Part shown: piece by piece, positions 26,540-40,630 of the stretch
Numbering within the stretch: position 1 is the first letter of the stretch
How the letters are laid out: the number at the start of each line of letters is the position of its first letter
Source: Isurus oxyrinchus
Lineage: Eukaryota
Assembly: GCA_026770705.1 (NCBI GenBank)
Contig: JANJGN010000042.1
Location: 1,736,001-1,800,000 of the forward strand
Length of the DNA: 64,000 bases
Direction of reading: 5' to 3'
Notes under the pieces: generated by a model
What the model saw: only the letters and a program-made list of their open reading frames with translations
Databases searched by the model: none
What the model was told of the DNA's origin: nothing
Position numbers and translations under genes: made by a program

Positions 26540-26840
26540 GAGGAGTAAAGGGGCAATGAATGATTTCTGATCTTCCAGACAGGGCGTTTGCCTGCATGTG
26601 AAGATACATCCTAGCTCCTCACTTATAGTCAACTGGAAGATCAGTGTCGATCTGAACATTTGGAAATGACGGAAGCTGAAGTCTCCTTCCGAGTGAGGTC
26701 CCTCTTGCAATGCAGCACTGACTCCGTACTGCACTGCACTGTCGGGATCAACTATCAACGTTGTCCTTTAGTGGATATTTCAAATCAAAGCATTGCGCCT
26801 CAGATGTGAAAGACGCAACCAAGTAGGCAGCCTCACTCAA
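26540..26840 (-). mobile_element. DeuSINE/SacSINE1-like fragment in the GPCR intron (related fragment near 4790-4960)
   Basis: gcactgactccgtactgcactg and ...cagatgtgaaag... resemble the tRNA head/Deu domain; recognised from memory. Confidence 0.45.
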
Positions 26841-27179
26841 TGTGAACAAACAGCGGAGACGGGAGAATGTGGGACATTGCCCGCTGATATCAGCAGAAGG
26901 AAATTCTGGCGTCAACAGTGGTCAAGTCGAAGCGTCAGCAGCAGCTCATGAACCAATTAGTTTTGGAGACTGAGAGCAGAAACACATCTCTGTGATTGTG
27001 GTGTTAATATAGAATATTCATCAAACGTCTACTAATACATTGTTTATACATCTGTCAAAAACTGGGTGCTCATGATGTCCTTCCAACAAATTCATTGGGG
27101 GAATATTGAATGTTACAATGCTCTCTATCAGTGAATCATTCGTGGGAATCATTCGATCATTGTCAATGTGAACAACACA

Positions 27180-27560
27180 ACAGATTTACATTTGCACCAT
27201 GAAAACAGTGTGATAGCTCATCCACGGTTAGACTGTCAGTAACAGAACACAATCCCATTCATACTGTGATTAAATTGTGATCACTCAACCACAGTTAGAT
27301 TGTCAGTAACAGAAGGTGATCACATTCACACCGTGATTACAATGTGACAATTCACTTTCAGTTACGATACTGGAAACACAATGGAAAGATATTTAGACTG
27401 TAATGACACTGTTAAAATACAACTGCAGTAACAGAAGACGATCACACTTCCACCGTGATTACAATGTGATAATTCTCCTTCAGCAACAATGCCAGTAACA
27501 GAATGGAAATGCAATTGCACTGTGATAACAGTGTGAAAATACACCAGTACGAAACGGTGC
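27180..27560. repeat. Degenerate ~67-bp tandem repeat, part of the GPCR intron (homologues ~10320-10500 and ~59930-60230)
   Basis: cagtaacagaa occurs at 27237, 27304, 27426 and 27493. Confidence 0.6.
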
Positions 27561-27699
27561 AAAACACCGTTGAAGAGGGTAATGTAATACCACTATAATG
27601 AAACTGAATATCAGGCGTTGCGTTGAATTGGCCACTGATCTCATGCAGCCCATCTTTGGCCAAGGCCAGGGACCATTTTCTAGCTCATTACCTTTATTT

Positions 27700-29280
27700 A
27701 TATTATCTCCCTATTTCACATAGACACAGCCTAGCGCAGTAATAACTGAGACTGGATGTGGCTTAATTTAAGCTAAGGCATGGTCCTCTGAAGTAGTAAT
27801 AGAGATCGGGACTAGTGCAAAAGAATGGAAAAGGAGTCTAGTTTGGTATTTAAAAGGCAGGGTCTAGTGCAATAATAACTGCGGCGCATCTTCTGTAACC
27901 TGTGAGACATGATCTGGTAACGTCCAAACAGAGATAGGGCTAATGCAATATAAGCAGAGACATGTAGTAGTGCAGCAACAACTAAAAAAATGCTTAGTGC
28001 TGTATATAGGCACCATTAATCCAGCGCAGTAAGAACCGGGACTTTGCCGTATGTAATACAAAAAGAGACATGGTATAGTTCCAGAACAACTGAGATGGGG
28101 CCAAGCACTGATATAACTGAGGCAGGAACTGGTGTAATATTATGATAGGATCCATTTGGATATAAACCGAGACAGGGTCAGGTGCAGCAATACTGAGACA
28201 GGGCGGAGTGCACCAAATATTGATACAATATCTTCAATAATTGAAAAGGAAACTGGGTCAAGTTCAATAATTACTGAGACAAGGTCCAGCGTATTAGTAA
28301 TAGATGTGGCCTGGTGTAATATAATCACAGGCATGGTCCGCACTGCATACAAAAAGACAGGGTCTATTTCAATATAAACACATGCAAGGAAACGTCCCGC
28401 AGAATGTTAGCAGAGACGTAACCTAGATTGAGTTGAAAAGAGAGATGATCTAGTGTAACGTAAATAGAAATGTGATCTCGTGCATTATAAAGTGAGGCAG
28501 TGCTGGGTGCAGGAATTGAAGAGGCAGTAGCGTGGGTAATTTGAGCAGAGACATGGACTGACGAAGTAATAAAAGAGACAGAATCTAGTGTAAGGAAACT
28601 GACACAGGGTCTAGTGCAGTTTAACTTGATAAAGGACCTTGTGCAGTATAAATTATAATAAGGCCTAGTGCAATCACTCCCAGCCAATTACCTAGATTAG
28701 CATCAATAGAAACATGGACAAGTGCAGCAATGAGAAAGACATGTTATAGTACAATAGTAACAGAGAAAGGACATTGTGTGATATAAACAGAGAAATTGAT
28801 ATGCACAGCATTATCTGTGAAATTGTCAAGTTTAGTATAAACAGAGCAAAACCTGAGACACAGCCTCGTGTGATGCAAACATGAGCATGTTCTGGTTTAG
28901 TATTGAAAGACACAGGGCCGACTTCAGTAACAATTGAGACATGACCTAATGTCATGTTAGCCGAGAGATAATTCAGTGCAGTCATAACTAAGATATAATA
29001 GAAAGAGGGCCTGGATCAGGTATATCAACAGCAGAGATTGGGCTGAGTAAGGAAACAAATAGACATGATCTGCTGTAAAATGATCAGAAATATGACTCTG
29101 TGATATGATCAGAGATGGGGTCTAGTTTAATTTGAACAGAGATAAAGCCCATTGCGGTAACAATTGACAAAATGACTGTTTAACGTAAAGCAATCTCGGC
29201 TTCACTGCCATCTGCTGGACAAATGCTGCTATAGTCAATGCCGTGTAAATGCCAATTTCAGTTAATGCTTGCGATATAAA
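27700..29280 (+). repeat. Degenerate 27-bp tandem array with conserved tail, block A
   Basis: Unit resembles gcagtaataactgagacagggcctagt; the 3' part is colinear with blocks B and C. Confidence 0.8.
29203..29240 (-). promoter_or_regulatory. Putative CTCF site (block A)
   Basis: Minus strand GTCCAGCAGATGGCAGTG matches the CTCF core; motif evidence only. Confidence 0.55.
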
Positions 29281-29469
29281 TCATTGAATCATGGAATGCT
29301 TGCAGCACAGAAGTAGGCCTGTAAAGCTTAGATTTTGAGATATAAAACCATTTTAGTTAATATATCTACGTTCCGAATTCTTGATTTATATTAATGGAGT
29401 ATTTAATTGTCCCTGACCTAAAAAGTTCCCAATAAGTGGCATTTATGGATCAAGTAAAATTTATGAAGC

Positions 29470-32030
29470 AATATTTCCAGGAAGATAGTTCCAAAGGCTC
29501 ACGACCTAGAGTGAGAAAGAAAAATCGCCTCATCTACGTGTTATGTTTAAACAGTGATCCCCAGTTCCAGATTCTTCCATAAGAGGAAACAGCCTCTGCA
29601 CACCCTCGCTGTCAAGGAGCCCCAGAATCTTACATTTTTCAACCAAGTCGCCTGTAACTCTTCTAAATTCCAGCCTAGCCTGTCTAATCATTCCTCATAA
29701 AACAATCCGCCCATTCCAGGTATGGGTCTCGTAAACCTTCTCTGAACTGATTCTAACGGATTTACATCCTTCCACAAATAAGGCGACCAAAACTGCACAC
29801 TGTACTCCAGATGTGGCCTCACTAGTGCTTTGTGTAACCGAAGAATAGCATCATTACTTTTTATTTCGATTCCCCTTGCAATCAATGATAACTTTCTACT
29901 TACTAATTACTTGCTGTACCTGCATACTAGCGTTTTGTGATTCACACACTAAGACATGCAGATCACTGAATCTCAGAGCTCTGCAATTTCTCACCATTTA
30001 GATAATATGCTTATCTTTTATTCTTCCTGCCAAAATGGACAATTTCAAATTTCCAATATTATACTCCGTTAGCCAGACCTTTGCCCACTCACTTTATCTA
30101 TGTATTTTTGTAGCCTCCTTATGTCCTCTTCACAACTTACTTTCCTACCTATCTTTGTGTCATCAGCAAATTTGGCAACCATCCCTTCCATCCCTTCATA
30201 CAACTCATTTATATAAATTGTAAAGGGTTGAGGTCCTAGCACTGAGTCCTTTGGCACACTACTCGTTACACCTTGCCAACCTTAAAGTTCCATTTTTGCC
30301 TGCTCTCTGCTTCCTGATAGCCAGCCAATCTTCTATCCATACTAATATTTTACGCTATATACCATGGGCTTTTGGCTTCTGTAACAATCTTTGATATGGC
30401 ACATAATCAAATGCCTTCTGACATCCTTACTGCAGTATATCCATCGGTTCCCATTTATCCACAGCCCATGTTACTTCCTCAAAATCATGCTGGCTCTCCC
30501 TGATAAACTTCAACTTATTAAAGTTATCTGCTACAGCTTTTTTCATAGTAGCTTCTAATTTTTTCCCCATAACAGATGTCAAGCTAACTGGCCTGCAGTT
30601 TCCCGCTTTCTGTCTCCTTCCCTTTTCTATCCCAAACTAAAGGGACCTCCGCTGAATCTAGTGAGCTTGGAAAAACATAAAAGCAATGCATCAACTATCT
30701 CACTAGCCACTTCTTTTCGGACCCCAGGATGAAATCCATCAGGATCCGGGCAGTTGTCAGCCCACAGCTCCAACTATTTACTCAGTACCATTTCTCTGGT
30801 GATTGTAATTTTCCTGAGTTCCTCCCTACCTTCCATTTCCTGATTTACAGCTGCCTCTGGAATGTTAATTGTTTCCTCTGTACTAACTACTGATGCAAAG
30901 TACCTGTTCAATTCATCTGCCATTTCCATTGTTTCCATTATCAATTCTTCAGACTCACTTTCTCTGGTGCGAACGCTCACTTTGATAACTTGTTTCTTTA
31001 CAAAAAAATATTCATGGAGCTCTTACTGTCTGTTTTTATATTTGTGGCTAACTTTCTGTCGTATTCTATTTTATTCCCCTCTTTATTAACTTCTGGTCAT
31101 CTGTTGCTGTTCCTTCTCTTCTGCCCTATCTACTGGCATTCCACCTAACATTGCACAATCATATATTTGTTTTCTTTAAGTTTGGTACTCTCGTTCACCT
31201 TTGTAGTTAACCACGGATGGTGTGTTACCCCCTGGACCTTATTTTTTTACTCGCTGGAATGTATCTATCCTGTGTATTTTGATATATCCTCTGAAATGTT
31301 TGCCATTATGTCTCAATGAACCAATCCCTTAACTTAATTTGCCAATTCACTTTAGTCAGTTCTGCTTTCATGCCCTCATAATTGCGCTCATTCAGTCTTA
31401 AAAACATAGTCTCGGACCCACTCCTCTCTCCCTCAAACAGAATGTAAAATTCAATCATACGATAGTCAGTACTACCGAGGGCTGCCTTCACCATGAGGTC
31501 ATTAATTAAATCCATCTCATTGCACAATACCAGGTCTGGTATAGCCTGCTCTCCAGTTTCCTCGAAAACTAAGAAACAATCCTGGAAGCATTCTATCAGC
31601 TCCTCATCTGGGCTACCTTTACCCATCTGACTTTCCCCATCTATATGTAGTTTAAAATCTCCTATGATTATGGTCGTGCCTTTCCGACAAGTTTCCATTA
31701 TTTCTTCCTTCATGTTACCATGTGGTTACTATTAGGAGGCCTGCACACGACTCCTACAAGCGCTGTCTTTACTTTCCTATTTTTCATCTCTATCCAAACC
31801 ATTTGCAGATCCTGGTTTCATGAGTTTGAGTCATCCCTCTCTATTCTGCTAAACCATCATTAACTAGCAGCGCCACCCCTCCGCCATTTCTTCTCTTCAT
31901 GTCCTTCCAAAATACCCTTTGATATTCAAGTCCCAATCCATGTCCTCCTGCAGCCATGTCTGCAATGGCTATCAAATCGTACTTCCTTATTTGTGGATGT
32001 GCTATCATTTGGAAAGAATCAAAATTAACC
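29470..32030 (-). mobile_element. CR1 LINE ORF2 remnant (endonuclease plus RT, internally deleted)
   Basis: Peptides IIIGDF.LHID, DLVLCNE, SVLGPQPFTIYIN, VAKFADDTKIG, ALVRPHLEYSVQFWSP. Confidence 0.92.
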
Positions 32031-32223
32031 TCTTTCATTGGCTTGGGGTGAGGCTCATTTGATGTCACTTCTGTATCTAAAGCCATGAACACTGAGGACA
32101 AATCTGCATCTCTTATTCCCGGGGCTCCCGGATGTATATTCAATTCTGAGTAAATAACACATAATTGTAAATGGAGAGCTATTGCAAACAATGTTACATC
32201 TTCTTATCAATAATACAACTTAC

Positions 32224-32618
32224 CATATATAGCCATGTCCACACTTGTTTTAGCCCCATACCAGAGATACGATACATTATTAGTAAATGTTAATAACACT
32301 TCCTACAGTTATGCAAAGAGGAAGCTGCCCTCCAATACAGTTCTTCTGCTCTACGGACATGGCTCATCAATTGAACCAAACCATAGATCGTTTAGTTTTA
32401 AGATGAGGTGTCATGTTAACTTACACTTGCTGAATTCACCTTTTTTGTTTATCCCTTTGAAACTGACAAAGAATCCCTCAATTTCACAATTCAAATAAAA
32501 CAAATATAATTCATTGAACCTATGCTTCTTGGTACCTTAAAGTAATTAAGGCAATAACACCGGTTCCTGCTCCCAGCCTAAAATCTACATAGCCTCAGTA
32601 GCAGAAACTCAAACTGAG
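32224..32618 (-). pseudogene. Possible decayed Ig V-set-like exon (phase 1/phase 1)
   Basis: Good acceptor (ttatctttacag|) and donor (G|gtaagt), 395 nt apart. It reads (A)QFE...EQEPVLLP* and later RRTVLEGSF..L*EVLLT...YLW, with multiple stops and at least one frameshift. Confidence 0.25.
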
Positions 32619-32689
32619 CTGTAAAGATAACATAAATATTATTTCATATCAACATAAAACCCTATGACATTCGTCGTATTATCACTACG

Positions 32690-33320
32690 AATTATCATTA
32701 AAGGCCATTCCATTTGTTCTTACTGTTCTTGTCCTGTGAATGATTAATTCATCTCCTGCCACTCTCTGTCTGCTCCCCGTGGGCCAGATGTTTCCCTCCT
32801 TTTCATATAATTATCCAATCCCATTTTGAATGGCTCGATTGTCACGGCCTCCACCACATCCTCACGCAGTCCATTCAAGGTCCTATCCACTCTCTACATG
32901 AACAAAAGCGTTTCCTCGTGTCACTAATGCTTATTTTCGCAATTTCCTTAAATCTGTGCCCCTTGCTTCTCGATCCTTCCACTAATTGCACCGTTTTCTA
33001 CTTTCTACTCTGTCCAAACCCATCTAGATTTTGAATACATCTATAACTTCTACCTCAACCTTTTCTTCTCTATGGAAAGCACTCCAGACTCCTCTAATCT
33101 ACCAGTTTAACTGAAGGTCCCCATCCCTAGGACCATTCTCGTGAATCTTTCCTACTCTCTCACTGATACGTTCACACTTTTCCTAAAGTGTAGTGCCCAG
33201 AACTGGACGCAAATGCTCATGTTGAAACTTTAACAGTGTTCGAAAAATTCTTTGCTTTTGAACTCTATGCCCCAATTTATAAAGCCTCAGATACAATATG
33301 CTTTATTAAACAGCCTGTCA
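32690..33320 (-). mobile_element. CR1 LINE 3' fragment
   Basis: gtgcccagaactggacgcaa (reverse of the CVQFW motif) and a typical CR1 tail. Confidence 0.75.
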
Positions 33321-33960
33321 GCACTAACAACAGAGACAGGGCATTGTGTTATATAATATGGACTTGTGAAACATTAACTGTGACCTCCTCTAGCTTAAGA
33401 TAAACATGGCAGGATCAACTCAAGTAATAACTGAGGGAAAGCCTCGTGTAAGGCAAACAGTCACATGTTCCAGTTTAGTACAAAGGGGGACATTGTACAA
33501 GGCAATAACAATTGGGACATGAAGTTTTGTCATATTAGCTGAGACATGGTTCCGTGCAGTCATAACTGAGAGTGTCTCACAGAACAGAAAGAGGGCCTTG
33601 GTTAAGCATGCTAACAGCAGAGATTGGGCCGAATACAGAAATAATTGAGAAATAGACTCCTCTAATATAATCAATGACATGACCGAGTGTTATTGAAACA
33701 GGCACGGGTTCCGCAGATGCTGCCAGACCTGCTGAGTTTTTCCAGGTAATCCTGTTTTTGTTTTGGATTTCCAGCATCCGCAGTTTTTTGTTTTTATAAC
33801 GGGGTCTAGTTTGATATGAGTGGAGACAGGGCCAACGGAGCAACCATTGAGAAATGCCTGCTTCACGCAATTTGAACAATCACGGTTTCGGTTCCATCTG
33901 CTGGACAAACCTTGCTATTGCAGATGTTGTGAAAATGCTGATTTGATTTACTGTTTCTGA
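33320..33960 (+). repeat. 27-bp array block B (truncated), with a Penelope-terminus insert at ~33708-33797 and a CTCF-like site at 33889-33926
   Basis: Colinear with 28750-29280 and 52260-52810. Confidence 0.75.
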
Positions 33961-34559
33961 CATCAATCATAGAATCGAAGAATTTTTACAGAAAAGTAAA
34001 AGGCCATTTCTCTGGCCTGTGCTAACCATCTAAAGGAGAAATTGACCTAGTTCCACACTTTTCCCCCTAGTCCAGCATTTTCCCTTTTCCGAAAATGATG
34101 CAATTTATTTTTGAAAGCATCAATTGAATCTGCCTCCACCACACTCTCAGCCTGTCCACTCAAAATCCTAACCACTCACTGCGCGAAAAAAAGTTTATTT
34201 TTAAATGTCGCCGTTACTTCTTTTCCTGATTATCTTAAATCTGTGCCCACTTGTTCTCGAATCTTCCAGCATTGGGAACACTTTCTCCCTGCCTACTCTG
34301 TCCAGACCATCATGCTTCAGGACAACTTTAACAAATCTCCTTTCAAACAGGGTATGGCAAGGGGTAAAAACGCTAATATATTTTTGCTGTTGTTACAAGA
34401 AAATAACATAGGTGGAGTGCGAAAATATGATCGAGTGAGGGCAACACAACTGATGCGAGCCGGGCTATAATTGCGGTAAACATGTATTTTTGTTTCATCT
34501 TCTATGGAAGAGGGAACAGTTAATATGTACATTTGATGCGCAAATAAGACCATAGGACT

Positions 34560-35460
34560 TTCAGGGGTAAATTGCTACAATTATTACGTTAGCACCAGCC
34601 TGGTTGATGAAGAGCTGTGGAAATTCAGCTGAATCAATCCACGGCCCAGATAAGATGTATCCCAGGATTTTTATGGAAATAAGCGAGAAATCTGCAGGTT
34701 CTCAGTCATAAATCTGTGAAAAATGATTGAATTCTGCAAAGATGTCTGGCGAGCGGATGAAATAAAATGCAGCGTTTATTGTTCTTTGATAAAATATTCA
34801 CAAAAGTGAGTCAGGAAATCACAGATCATGAGTTACCCCTCGTAAACCCGTAAGAAAGGAAGGTTTATGGGGCATGTGGAGAGAAGGAGAACCTTTCATT
34901 GCAGCCAGTAAGTGTCCATGAAGGGAAGGACTCGCTTATCGAGCTGACTGATCACTTTGAACGTGAGCAAAACGAGCTTCATGGGGCAAGAGAGACAGTG
35001 GATGTGATGCATTTGGATTCCTGTCGGCTTTCTAAACAGTTCCTCTGGAAAGGATGGAACCCTGGAAGAAATATCGCCACAATCAGAGGGAGGACTGCAA
35101 GGGAATCGGAATTGGTTGATTGATAGATTCCAGATTGTAATGATACAGGGATTGTATTCGGACTGGAAGAATATGAACGCTGGGATCCCATATTGTTCTG
35201 TTTCATTCCGCATTAGTTTAAGATGATAATAAATGAAGCCAGAAGATCAATGCTTAAAACTGCAGCGAGGGAAAAGGCTACTGAAGATCACAGGTGCACA
35301 TCTGATCAGGGTAAGCTATGGGCGGATTTAAATACGTGAAAAATGGGCAGAAAGGCAATGGATAACATTCCTCGGAGAGGAATTCAAAATTTGTCACATG
35401 GAGATAAGGAATTAAGGAAGGAAAAATCACATATGGAAAAAATAACCTGTATGGGAAAAG
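34560..35460 (+). mobile_element. Decayed CR1 RT fragment
   Basis: Degenerate GPD..YPR, VDVMHLD and W..V..GIP motifs. Confidence 0.55.
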
Positions 35461-35774
35461 AATAAAAACTGACTGACTGTGATGCATTTAGATTCCTGTC
35501 GGCTTTCTAAACAGTTCCTTTGGAAAGGATGGGACCCTGAAAGAAGACTGACAAGATTTGATAATCTTTCAACAATGAGCAAAGCAAACGAGGCCCTGGG
35601 ACGGACACAGATTCCCTCTCTCCACGCTTCCTGACACCTTCCCCGGCATAGTGCCAGCCTTGCCGCCTTCCAGCCTTCCTCTAATGGACCTGGAAATTTC
35701 AGGTTAATATTCCACAGGGTGTTCGATCTACGGTTCAGACTCTTGAAAGCGTGGAAGCCGTTAACATTGATTCT

Positions 35775-36070
35775 TACAGTAACACAAGAATAAGAGCAGG
35801 AGTAGGCCGAATGGCCGACGAACTGCTCTGCCATTCTGAACTTGTGCTTCAACTCCATGTTTCCACCCTTTGCCCATATCACTTAAATCCCAGAGACACT
35901 GTAACTGCCTATCCCGAACTAAAGTGGATGAAGAATCCAGATCTCTCTGCGGTCGAGAGTTCCAAAGGTTCACAACCCTTTGAGTGAAGTAATTTCTCCT
36001 CATCTCAGACCAAAATGTTCGGCCCCTTATACTGAGACAGTTCCCCGTGTTATAGATTCTCTGACCAGGC
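35775..36070 (-). mobile_element. CR1 LINE 3' end
   Basis: MRRNYFTQRVVNLWNS peptide followed by the CR1 tail. Confidence 0.8.
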
Positions 36071-36774
36071 TGTAAAGATGTGAAAATAGTTTCTCTCCCA
36101 TATATTGTTTGTGTTTGATATGTATAATTTCCCCACTAGGACCAAGAATGTGAGAAATGGAGAACATTATCTTGGAGACATAAGTGGTAAAAAAGCTTTA
36201 ACAAGATCCAATGTGTCGGGTTGAACATTGACGATGTATTGCAGAGGAATTACAGAATACAGCAAAGTTTAAATACTCCCATTCTGAATGAGATTAGAGT
36301 CTGATAACTGCACCAAATGTGCACATTGCGGTCTGAAATAACTCGCAACAACCAGCTCCAGCCAATACCTCCAATGGGGTATGATGAGAGAGTTCATGTA
36401 CAGGGTCAGGTGGTAAAAGAGCGAACGCTGCTGAAAACTTCAATCCGACACAGTATTGTTCCATATTCATAATTCATCAATATGTCTTCAAATGCAACCA
36501 TGCAGTAGCCGAACATCAATGAGAGTAGCAAACAGCCCTGCCTGTAGTGGCGGTGAGGTGCCAGCAGAGGAGGGGGGGTGGGGTGGGGGGGGGGGGGGGG
36601 GTGGTTGTTGTATCACTTTAATCAAACACAATGAAACGAGTTTGAGACGAGGCTTTGATCCTATTAATTCATTCATGCGGTACTCTTTGCCACTGAATAA
36701 GTCCATATATCTAAAATTCTTCAGCTGAAACACTTGCATCATATATCATAAATGCATTGTCAGCATTCTGGAAG

Positions 36775-37420
36775 TTACCATTGACTAGAAACTAAACTGG
36801 GCTAACCATATAAGTACTGTAGCCACAAGAGCAGTTCAGAGAGGCTGGGAATTGTGCGACCAGTAACTCCTGACACCCTAAATCCTGTCCACCATCTAAA
36901 GGCACAAATCAGTATAGTGATGGAGTACTCTCCTCTTGCCTGGATGAGTGCAGCTCCTAAATACAAACACACGAAGCTTGAAACCAAAGCATCCGACTTG
37001 ATTGACACCCCATCCACAAACATTCACTCCCTCCACCACCGACGCACAATAGCAGCAGTGTGTACCATCTGCAAGATGCACTGCAGGAATTCACCAAGGT
37101 TCCTTTCACAGCACCTTCCAAACCCATGACCACTACCGTCTAGAAGGACAAGAGCAGCAGGCACATGGGAGCACCACCACCTGGAAATTCCCCTCCAAGT
37201 AAGTCAACATCCTGACTTGGAATTATATCGCCGTTCCTTCAATGTCGCTGGGTCAAAATCCTGAACTCCCTCCCTAACAGCACTGTGGGTGGACCTACAC
37301 CACATGGACTGCAGCGGTTCAAGAAGGCAGCTCATCACCACCCTCTCAGGGGCAACTAGGGAAGGGGAATAAATGCTGGCCCAGCCACTGATGCTCACAT
37401 CCTGGGAAATGAATTAAACA
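36775..37420 (+). mobile_element. CR1/L2-group LINE 3' end
   Basis: MEYSPLAWMSAAP...NIHSLHHRRT; same family as 17158-17800. Confidence 0.88.
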
Positions 37421-38554
37421 TGCCAAAGTACCAATAAATCGACAACTGTCCCAGGTTTATGACTGTTGTTAATGTCACTGCAGTTGCATCCCTGTTAGCA
37501 GGTTAATGCTGTTCCATGTACGAGTCACTGATATTGGACTGCAGTGTGATTAACCAGCAAACTGAGAGCCTGGTCACCCGCAGCTCACTACATGAATATC
37601 AGGATCGCAGCTCCAGTTGACTGAGTATCGATGGGGGTCGGGGGGAGGGGGGGTGGGTGTGCTCAGTGGTGTCCAAAACAGACTGATGGGGATGGGAGGT
37701 TAGCCTGACAGATCACAACCCCCTTGAGAATGAACTCTTTCTCACCCGTGTTCCTCTTTATCAGTGACACGGGCCGATGCCTGGCCAAGAGGACGATCTG
37801 AAGACCAGTGAGCCTCGATTTATCCTGAACGAATGTTTCTGCCGTCTTATTGCCTTCGAATTCATCACCACTCACTTGTGCTTGTACTTTTCCTTTGGCG
37901 CCTGGTGGTGAAATGCAGAATGGAATGTCTTCTGCCCGATAGGCATCCGCCCGCCAACATAAACTGTTCTCAGGCAAATATTGCTAACAGCCGAGCGTTT
38001 GCCAAGTACCATACAATCTCTCCTTAATGCGCTCATGGCTCATATTTGTCACCAGGTCAGTTCATATTTTTTAAAGTTTCTTATATCGCTGCCCTCCATT
38101 TGTCCCTTTTCTATTTTCGGTCAAGTTGACCAGTTGAAATGACTTGAGTGGCGATGGTCTGGTCTGAATGACCATGTCCATCGTTTTTGGTATTGCTCAC
38201 GTGCTCTCTCCCTCTCACGGCCTGAACCTGTTCCCACATTTCCCATTACTGTTGGGCTCATCCTGGGGCACTGTAGCCATTTGAGAGACATGAGAATTTG
38301 AAAATTTTTAAATGTTTTATTATTTTCTAAATATTAAAGATTTTCATTGAAATGTACCCACCACGTGTCTTGTCTTTAGATCCTGAAATGTGTTACTCAG
38401 CGCAATGTTAGCGTGAAATAGTCTGTCAGTCCTTTAAATTATCATGTTAGCATTAGGTATTCTACCGAGGCTGATGTCCAGATTAAAGCTCCACCCTAGG
38501 CCCAATAGGGCTGTGCAGGACTGAGCACTGCACTCTTGCAGGTGCCCCATTTTA

Positions 38555-39250
38555 TTTTGTTTTTCTCTTTATGGTATGTGGGCATTACTGACAAGACCAG
38601 CATTTTCTGTCCATTCCTAATTGCCATTGAACTGAGTGGCCTGCTCGGGCAAATTCCAAGGGGCATTTAAGAGTCAGCCACATTTGCGGTGGTTCTGAGT
38701 CACATGTAGGCCAGACTGGGTAGGGGCAACAGGTTTCTTTCCCGAAAGGACACTAGTGGGTCAGATGGGTTTTTAGAACAATCAATGAGTTTCATCGTCG
38801 CCATTACTGAGACGAGCTCCATTTTCTAGACTTGGCGAATTTAAATTCCGCAAACAGTTGTAGTGGGATTTGAACCAATGAGCATTAGCCTGGCTCTCTG
38901 GATTACTAGTCCCATGAGGTTACCACTAATCCTCCATCTCACCGAGGTGGGATTCAGAGGCGGTTGAATTCAGAACCATGAGGCAGCATAATTTTTGTAC
39001 TTGTTTGCAGGATGTGGGCTTCACTGGCTGGGCCAGCATTTATTGCCCATCCCTAATTGTCCTTCAAGGTGGTGATGAGCTACTGCCTTGAACCAAGGTC
39101 AGCATTTGATGTCCACCACTAATTGTGAGGTCATGTCTTGGGACAGTAAAGTGTCAACCACACTTGCTGTGGGTCTGGGGGTCACATGTCGGCCAGGTGA
39201 GGATAGCAAGTTTCTTTCCCTCAAGGGCAAATTAAATCAATCCATGTGGT
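38555..39250 (-). mobile_element. Two SINE copies sharing the LINE-derived tail
   Basis: ccagcatt...cc.ttcctaattgcc tail plus gtcacatg..ggccag core. Confidence 0.65.
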
Positions 39251-39269
39251 GTATATACACCCACAGAGC

Positions 39270-40630
39270 TATTGGGTAGTTCCGGGATTTTGACCCAGCT
39301 ACACTGCAGGAACAACTATATAATTCCAAGTGAGGATGATGAGAGTCTTGGAGGGGAACTTCCACGTGGTGCTGTCCCCTTGTCTCTGGTGCCCTTGTCC
39401 TCCAAGATGACAGTCGCCGTGTGTTTGGAAGGTGCTATCGAAGGGATTCCTGCAGTGCATCTTGTAGACGGTACACACTGCTGCTATTGTGCGTCGGTGG
39501 TGGAGGTAGTGAATGTTTGTGGATGTGGTGTCGATCAAGTGGCTTCTTTCTCTGGATCGAGTCAAGATTGTTAAGTGTTTTGGGAGATGCACTCATCCAG
39601 GCAAGTGGGAAGTATTCCATCGCACTCCTGACTTGTGCCTTGTAGATGGTGGGCAGGCTCCAGGGAGTCAGGAGGTGAGTAACTTGACGCAGAAGTCACA
39701 GCCTCTGACCTGCTCTTGTGGCGACAGTATTTATTTGGCTAGTCCAGTTCAGTTTCTGGTCAATGGCAACCCCGAGGATGTTGATTAGTGGGGGATTCAT
39801 TGATGGTAATGCCATTGAATGTCAAGGGGCGATGGATGGATTCTCTCTCGTTGGACATGGCCATTATCTGACATTTGTTTGGCGTACCTGTTACTTTCCA
39901 CTTGCCCGCCCAAGCTTGGATTTTGTCCAGTTGTTGCTGCATTTGGACACGGACTCCCTCAGTATCTGAGGAGTCGCGAATGTTGCTGAACATTATGCAA
40001 CCATCAGCGAACATTCCCACTTCTGACCTTATGATGGAAGGAAGGTCATTGATGAAGCAGCTGAAGATGATTGGGCTGAGGACACGACCCTGAGGAACTC
40101 CTGCAGTGATGTCCTGGAGCTGAGATCATTGACCTCCAACAACTACAACCATCTTTCTTTGTGCTAGGTATGACTCCACCCAGCAGAGAGTTTTCCCTTG
40201 ATTCCCATTGACTCCAGTTTTGCTCTGGCTGCCTTCGTGTCAAGGGCAGTCTCTCTCACCCCGCCTCGGGAGTTCAGCTCTTTTGCCCATGTTTCAAACA
40301 AGGCTGTAATGAGGTCAGGAACTGCGTGGCCTGGCAGAACCTGAACTGGGCATCAGTGAGCAGTTTATTACTAAACAATTGCCTCTTGATAGCACTGATG
40401 ACCCCTTCCCGTTACTTTACTGATGATTGAGAGTAGACTGATGGGGTGGAACTGACTGGCTTGGATTTGTCCTGCTTTTTGTGTATTGGGCCAATTTGCC
40501 ATATATCCGGGTAGATACCAGTATTGTATCTCTACTGGAACAGCTTGGCTCGGGGCATAGCGAGTTCTGGAGCACAAGTCTTCAGTACTATTGCCGGAAT
40601 ATTGTTAGGGCCCATAGGCTTTACAGCACC
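39270..40630 (-). mobile_element. CR1/L2-group LINE RT fragment
   Basis: PISLLSIISK, GMFADGC, MEYFPLAWMSA peptides. Confidence 0.88.

Noticed and set aside
27700-29200. CRISPR-like or coding interpretation of the 27-bp array
   Set aside because: Eukaryotic context, contiguous degenerate units with no unique spacers, and stops in all frames.
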